The position numbers and the translations under genes are program-made. Positions 59,411 through 64,000 of a stretch of DNA of 64,000 nucleotides are shown here, in pieces; positions within the stretch are counted from its first letter, which is position 1; the number at the start of each line of letters is the position of its first letter. The notes under the pieces are model-generated. The model was not told where the DNA came from and searched no databases. It was given only the letters and a program-made list of their open reading frames with translations. The DNA is from a virus (Duplodnaviria > Caudoviricetes): positions 32,001-96,000 of IMG/VR virus record IMGVR_UViG_3300009431_000002. One strand, 5' to 3'.

Positions 59411-61429
59411 GTGAGCGCTGCCGCTCCGTCGTACCGCGACATCATCGAGGCCCTGCCCCGCTGCTTCCAAGTGCCCCAGTGGCGCCGACGCCAGATGTGC
59501 GTCCACACCGTCGAGATCTTCAACGGGATCATGAAGCGCGAGTTCTGGCTCAAGCACGCGGACCAAGGCGCCACGGACTGCGCGAAGTGGATCTGGGTCG
59601 ACCTCTCGGACCCCGAGTGCTACGTCGTCACCTGCCACGAGATCTCCCACCCCTACTTCGGCTCCGACATGGTGGCCCGGGACCTGTTTGTCAAGGAGTA
59701 CTCTGAGCGGCTGATCCTCAAGTACAAGCGCACGGGCTCGCCACTCATCATGCAGCCGCTGTTCCCCGAGAAGCTCAAGACCATGCTGCACTTCCTCGTC
59801 AACTACTTCGACGACCACCGCTGCTGCCACCTGTGGGGCCAGATCTACCCAGGCGACCTGGGCATGACGCAGACCCGGTGGAGCCGGTTCGCCCGGCAGT
59901 TCATCGCGCAGGGGCGCGCCGAGCGGGAGTTCTTCCCCTACGCCTTCGCCATCGCCGACGGCGTGGCTGACGAAGTCAAGCACCCCAAGCCCGAGTTCCT
60001 GGCCATCCGGCCGGTGATGGAAGACGCACTGCGGGAGGTGCGCTTCACCGACTTCCGCGGGTGCCTCGTGGTCACGCGCAAGACCCTCGACCGCATCGTC
60101 AACGTCCTGCTCGACGACATGGCCGACCCGCCGTCTTCCGCGGCCTCCGGTGGCATGCAGATCCACAAGGCGCAGGCCCTGGTGGCCTCGGCGCTCGATG
60201 ACGACCGCGACGACGCCGACGGTGACGGCGACGCGGCCGACGGCGACGCCGGCGACCCCGCTGGGCAGAAGAAGGGCGGCCAGGCCAAGGTCGACCGCAA
60301 GCAGCTCGACAAGGACCGCGCCACGATGTTGGGGTTCCTCTGCAACTCCCTCGCCGGCGCCGGTGACGACGACCTCGGCCAGGATGGCAGCGAGCGGTAC
60401 GACGACGCCAAGCCGTCCAAGTACCGTGCAGGACGCAAGCAGGCGCTCTCCAAGGCCTGGTCCGTGGTCAACGATGCCCTGGACGTGGATCCGCACGACT
60501 CCGACGACCTGCAGTCCTACATGGACATGGGCGCTCAGGACATGCAGCGCAAGGTCGACGATGCACGCGCCTACGTCAAGTCCATCCAGAAGGACGACTG
60601 GCTGAGCAAGGAGAGCAAGTGCAAGGTCGTGTTCCACGACGTCGACGACTCCGAGCTCGGCCTGCCTGTGGCGCTGTCCGGACCCGAGCGCAGCGCCGCC
60701 GAGGCCATGAAGGTGGGGTTCATCCGCATCCTCGGCTCCCAGCGGGCCGATCTCGACGACGCTGGCGACGACATCGACATCGACGCCGTCATCGCCCGCA
60801 AGTTCGACCCCACCATCACGGAGCTGTTCAACGTCGACGACCCCGCGTCCGGCTTCTACGCCCTGCTGTCCTGCGACGCCAGCATCTCGATGAGGGGCAG
60901 CCCGTTCGAGGCCGTCGAGACCGCCGAGACCATGCTGCGGCGGGGCATGGACTTCCCGTTCGTCGAGATCGAGAAGTGGGCGTGGACCCAGCTCGCCGAT
61001 GGGCAAATCGACCTGTTCCGCATCGACCCCAAGGCCAAGGGCTCATTCGCCGACCGCACGGACACGTGGGGCTACACGCCCCTGCACGAGGCCATCCGCG
61101 TCTCGGCCCGGCAGTGCATGCTGACCAACAAGGTCCGGCGGCTGTTCGTGCTCACCGACGGCATGCCCGTGTACACCGGCCACGGCGGCGCCCAGTTCGC
61201 CGAAGACCAGCTGGTGCGCTTCGCCGCCCAGAACGCCGAGATGGCCCGCCGCAACAACGTGGGCCTGTTCGGGCTGGTCATCGGTGGAGCCATCGACGAC
61301 GCCGCCATGAACACCATCTTCGGCGGTCCGAGGTTCTGGCGTCGAGCGCCCGGTGTGGGCGATACTGCCCCGGCGCTCACCGACCTCGTGACCGAGCAAT
61401 TCAACCACTGGCTGAGGACCAGACACTGA
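59411..61429 (+). CDS. vWA-domain protein (CobT/NorD-like partner of MoxR ATPases)
   Basis: MIDAS DASISM, GYTPL, FVLTDGMP; acidic linker. Confidence 0.85.
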   Translation: MSAAAPSYRDIIEALPRCFQVPQWRRRQMCVHTVEIFNGIMKREFWLKHADQGATDCAKWIWVDLSDPECYVVTCHEISHPYFGSDMVARDLFVKEYSERLILKYKRTGSPLIMQPLFPEKLKTMLHFLVNYFDDHRCCHLWGQIYPGDLGMTQTRWSRFARQFIAQGRAEREFFPYAFAIADGVADEVKHPKPEFLAIRPVMEDALREVRFTDFRGCLVVTRKTLDRIVNVLLDDMADPPSSAASGGMQIHKAQALVASALDDDRDDADGDGDAADGDAGDPAGQKKGGQAKVDRKQLDKDRATMLGFLCNSLAGAGDDDLGQDGSERYDDAKPSKYRAGRKQALSKAWSVVNDALDVDPHDSDDLQSYMDMGAQDMQRKVDDARAYVKSIQKDDWLSKESKCKVVFHDVDDSELGLPVALSGPERSAAEAMKVGFIRILGSQRADLDDAGDDIDIDAVIARKFDPTITELFNVDDPASGFYALLSCDASISMRGSPFEAVETAETMLRRGMDFPFVEIEKWAWTQLADGQIDLFRIDPKAKGSFADRTDTWGYTPLHEAIRVSARQCMLTNKVRRLFVLTDGMPVYTGHGGAQFAEDQLVRFAAQNAEMARRNNVGLFGLVIGGAIDDAAMNTIFGGPRFWRRAPGVGDTAPALTDLVTEQFNHWLRTRH

Positions 61430-61439
61430 GGAGGAGACA

Positions 61440-61997
61440 GTGCCCGACGAGAAGATCCCACTGAGGAAGGCCGTCGACGGCCCGACCGATCCACCTGCGC
61501 TCGATGACCTGATCGAGACGATGCGCGACCACGCCGGCAAGTCCACGGACGGACGGCTGTGGCTGCTGCGCATCACCCAGGCCGCCACCATCGTCCTGAC
61601 CGAGCTGCACACCAACACCAGCCACCCCAAGGGGACCGGCGAGCCTCCCAAGCGCGACTTCCCGAGCGTCATCCACGACGGCAGCCGCATCCAGGTGACC
61701 GCCCATGAGGTCGAGCTCCTCGAGGGTGGCGCGCAGTGCATCTTCGTCCCCGGCAAGTTCAACCCCGGCCACCTCAACAAGTACGAGCTGTACCGCGGCG
61801 ACAAGAAGCTGGGCTACCGCGTCGTATCCACCCACTCCGACCGGCTCTGCAACATCATCCAGGGCGGGGGCACCCAGGACGAGGTGTCGTCCCGGCTCGG
61901 CGTGAGCGGCCGCATCGCCGAGATCACGCAGCTGTGGGTCCGCAAGCCGCAGCAGCACCCGGCGGGCCAGGACCACACGCGGAACACGCCCGCGTGA
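61440..61997 (+). CDS. hypothetical protein
   Basis: GGAGGAG RBS. Confidence 0.7.
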   Translation: MPDEKIPLRKAVDGPTDPPALDDLIETMRDHAGKSTDGRLWLLRITQAATIVLTELHTNTSHPKGTGEPPKRDFPSVIHDGSRIQVTAHEVELLEGGAQCIFVPGKFNPGHLNKYELYRGDKKLGYRVVSTHSDRLCNIIQGGGTQDEVSSRLGVSGRIAEITQLWVRKPQQHPAGQDHTRNTPA

Positions 61998-62218
61998 GCA
62001 AGCACCGCCTCGAGGTCTCGCTGTCCCCGTCGTCCATGAGGCTACTGGGACGGCTGAAGCAGCGCGCCAGAGAGGCGATGGGACGAGAACCGACATGGAG
62101 CGAGGTGCTGGATGGACTCTGCGCGACCGTTGACCGTTATGCCGACACCCGAAGCGTGCCTGAGGAGCTGCGTCCGACCGGACATCTCCGACTGCCCGGA
62201 CATCGTGATCGACGGTGA
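61994..62218 (+). CDS. possible ribbon-helix-helix protein
   Basis: HRLEVSLSPSSMRLLGRLK...TWSEVL. Confidence 0.45.
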   Translation: MSKHRLEVSLSPSSMRLLGRLKQRAREAMGREPTWSEVLDGLCATVDRYADTRSVPEELRPTGHLRLPGHRDRR

Positions 62219-62342
62219 CGTCCGTCACTGCAAGCTGGACGCGAAGTATAGCTGCGCCGACCCCGACTGGAGCGACCTGCCGTACAAGCGGCGCGCGCCG
62301 AAGGCCGGGGACCCACGCAAAATTCGCCGCAGAGGGCCCTGA
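62139..62342 (+). CDS. small Cys-rich protein
   Basis: five Cys; start uncertain. Confidence 0.4.
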   Translation: MPTPEACLRSCVRPDISDCPDIVIDGDVRHCKLDAKYSCADPDWSDLPYKRRAPKAGDPRKIRRRGP

Positions 62343-62349
62343 GCCCTCG

Positions 62350-62373
62350 CTGGAGGGCAATCGCGCCCTCCAG
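62350..62373. terminator. hairpin CTGGAGGGC/GCCCTCCAG between convergent genes
   Basis: perfect 9-bp stem. Confidence 0.65.
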
Positions 62374-62375
62374 TC

Positions 62376-63101
62376 TTAGCCGTAATGGCTGGGGTGGGCG
62401 GCGGCGCGCTGCCGGCGCTGAAGGTAGTGTGACGTGCCCAGGAGACCGCCGGCGCCGAGCACCGTGCCCGCGCCGAAGGTCATCATCCCCTTGCGGACGG
62501 GGCTCATCGGGGCCTTGGCGCCCTCTTCCACGACCTCCTTGGCCGCCTGGGTGCCTGCGGCGGCCTCGGGCGCCACCTTGCCGGCGACGGCGCCAGCTGT
62601 CTCGTCAGCCGTGCCCGGGAAGCCACGCACGACGTCTTCCGCTTGGTCCAGGCTGCGGTGCGGGAGCACCCGTTCGCCGTGGCCTGCGCCTCGGAGGCGA
62701 GCGACCTCCGCTGCCGGGTCGTCGAAGTGCTGGGCCGGAAGGTGCGGCCGCGTGCCGGAGACAGCCTCATCCCAGCTCTTGGGCAGCTGCTCCATGCCCT
62801 CCTGCCAGCCCTTCCGCATGCGGCTGAGCAGCCCCGGCTTGCCGAGGGTGGACGAGAACATCTGCGACGCGTCGTCGGCGCGGCTCCCGATGGCCTTGAC
62901 GGCGCCGGAGACGGCACGCCCAAGCGTGGCCTCCTTCTCCATGGCGAGCTTCGCGTGGTCCCGGGCCAGCAGTCGCCCGCTGGCGTCGGCCATCAGCATC
63001 ATGGAGAGCACACGGTCCTCGACCTGGGAGGTCTTCTCGGGCTTGCCGAGCGCAAGGAGCTCGTCCAGGTTCTTGGCCTGGAGGATGTCGAGAGGGGACA
63101 A
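62376..63101 (-). CDS. hypothetical Ala/Gly-rich protein (virion-associated?)
   Basis: follows the tail tube gene; Gly-rich hydrophobic C-terminal segment. Confidence 0.6.
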   Translation of the reverse strand: MSPLDILQAKNLDELLALGKPEKTSQVEDRVLSMMLMADASGRLLARDHAKLAMEKEATLGRAVSGAVKAIGSRADDASQMFSSTLGKPGLLSRMRKGWQEGMEQLPKSWDEAVSGTRPHLPAQHFDDPAAEVARLRGAGHGERVLPHRSLDQAEDVVRGFPGTADETAGAVAGKVAPEAAAGTQAAKEVVEEGAKAPMSPVRKGMMTFGAGTVLGAGGLLGTSHYLQRRQRAAAHPSHYG

Positions 63102-63110
63102 GGTCGCCTC

Positions 63111-63842
63111 CTACGCGGCGATCTCCTCGCCCGTGATGCCGCTGATCAGGTTCACGGCGCCGACGGCGATGGGAACCTGCCGCTCGTACTGCAGGCCAGC
63201 GGACTCCTGGAGCACCACGCCCTGCGCGTCCATGGCGAGGTTGTGGTTCGGGACCACGCACGCCTCGAGGTAGGTCGCGCCCAACGAGTCCTCGTTGCTG
63301 TCCCGCAGGTACAGCATCATCCCGATGGGCTGACCGAACAGGTCGGACGCCAGGTTGAGGTACAGGTTCCGGTGGCCCGGCGGGATCTTCACGTCGTGGG
63401 GGTTGGCCACGCCGGCGATGCCGGGGTTGTTGAAGACCGCGGGGATCGTGGTCGGGGGGACCAGGTCCTGGTAGTACGCGTACAGCGTGCGGAGCAGCGA
63501 GGGGCCGTGGTACAGGATGCGGCTCAGGCCGAGCTGTCCGACGGTGCGTCCGGAGATCACGTAGCTCCGCTCGGAGCCGATCTCCCAGAACCGGCTGAAC
63601 TGCCGGTTGCTGCCCAGGTTCATGGTCTGCGTGATGCCGATGGGGTGCACGAGCTCCAGACCGCCTGCTCCCCCGCCACCAGCGGCGCCCGCCAGTGCCT
63701 CTGCACCGGCGGAGCCGCTCATGGCCGAGAGGCGGGGTGGCCCCGACGCCAGGAGGGTGAAGGCGGCCGACGCGAACCGGCCGTCTACGAGTCCGTCCTG
63801 GACGTAATTCTCGTACGCCCTCCAGTCGCCAATGGAGCTCAT
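63111..63842 (-). CDS. probable tail tube protein
   Basis: PIGITQTMNLGSNRQFSRFWEIGS..SYVISG.T.GQLGLSRILY, YLEAC. Confidence 0.6.
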   Translation of the reverse strand: MSSIGDWRAYENYVQDGLVDGRFASAAFTLLASGPPRLSAMSGSAGAEALAGAAGGGGAGGLELVHPIGITQTMNLGSNRQFSRFWEIGSERSYVISGRTVGQLGLSRILYHGPSLLRTLYAYYQDLVPPTTIPAVFNNPGIAGVANPHDVKIPPGHRNLYLNLASDLFGQPIGMMLYLRDSNEDSLGATYLEACVVPNHNLAMDAQGVVLQESAGLQYERQVPIAVGAVNLISGITGEEIAA

Positions 63843-63854
63843 CCGCTACCTCCT

Positions 63855-63998
63855 CTACGCTGCGTCGGCCTGGGCCTGCCAGCTGACCAGCGCACCCGCT
63901 GCCGGGTTGATGCCGCTGTCGGTCAGCGTGACGGCGAACATGTCGCCCACGCCCATGTCGACGATCACGAACCCCACCGCGCCCGCGGCGAGGTCGGC
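63855..63998 (-). CDS. C-terminus of a structural-type protein (5'-truncated)
   Basis: translated by hand: ADLAAGAVGFVIVDMGVGDMFAVTLTDSG...QADAA*. Confidence 0.55.
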   Translation of the reverse strand, partial: ADLAAGAVGFVIVDMGVGDMFAVTLTDSGINPAAGALVSWQAQADAA

Positions 63999-64000
63999 GA

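Noticed and set aside
58091-61006. Long antisense ORFs (58091..61006, 27783..29885, 14544..16691, 5512..7104 and others)
   Set aside because: They mirror well-supported genes on the opposite strand, as expected from GC-rich codon bias, and have no motifs or RBS.
1-64000. Alternative genetic code (stop recoding)
   Set aside because: TGA, TAG and TAA all end genes at coupled junctions, and coding density is high under code 11.
1-64000. Bacterial chromosome or integrated element
   Set aside because: There are no housekeeping operons, integrase or transposase. The window has dense small unknown ORFs, an endolysin and tail-type genes. A giant prophage cannot be fully excluded from this window alone.

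Overview
This window looks like an internal fragment of a large, GC-rich (roughly 68-70% by eye) tailed phage, probably a myovirus of a Gram-negative host. The host call is inferred from a muramidase-type endolysin, lipoproteins and sigma70-like promoters. No housekeeping operons, tRNA, rRNA, CRISPR array or integrase were found. Genes are tightly packed, often with 1-4 nt start/stop overlaps, in alternating blocks. (+) 1-7.7 kb: PAPS-reductase-fold protein, Dam methylase, HD hydrolase, CoaD, Nudix, DUF1599-like protein, Topo VI-A-like TOPRIM protein, DNA ligase and an Asp-rich lipoprotein. (-) 7.8-25.9 kb: late-type genes, including a five-gene glycosyltransferase / methyltransferase-radical SAM / sulfotransferase cluster, GroES, and a tail-assembly-chaperone-like gene with a GGGAAAT -1 frameshift site. 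(+) 26.2-47.1 kb: many small early-type genes, a C5 methyltransferase, a ParB-like protein and an AAA+ ATPase. (-) 47.1-55.5 kb: a second GT/methyltransferase cluster, the lysis cassette and a metalloprotease. (+) 55.7-62.3 kb: a MoxR-type ATPase and a vWA partner. (-) 62.4-64 kb: tail tube and neighbours. The best leads are (1) a phage-encoded glycosylation, methylation, sulfation and radical-SAM tailoring pathway, (2) a 13-bp palindrome CGACAC[AT]GTGTCG found five times, three of them inside genes, (3) an HD-CoaD-Nudix-DUF1599 module, (4) a phage-specific promoter motif repeated about 15 times, and (5) a compact structured non-coding element at 25990-26171. All functional calls come from motif recognition by eye; no database searches were run.
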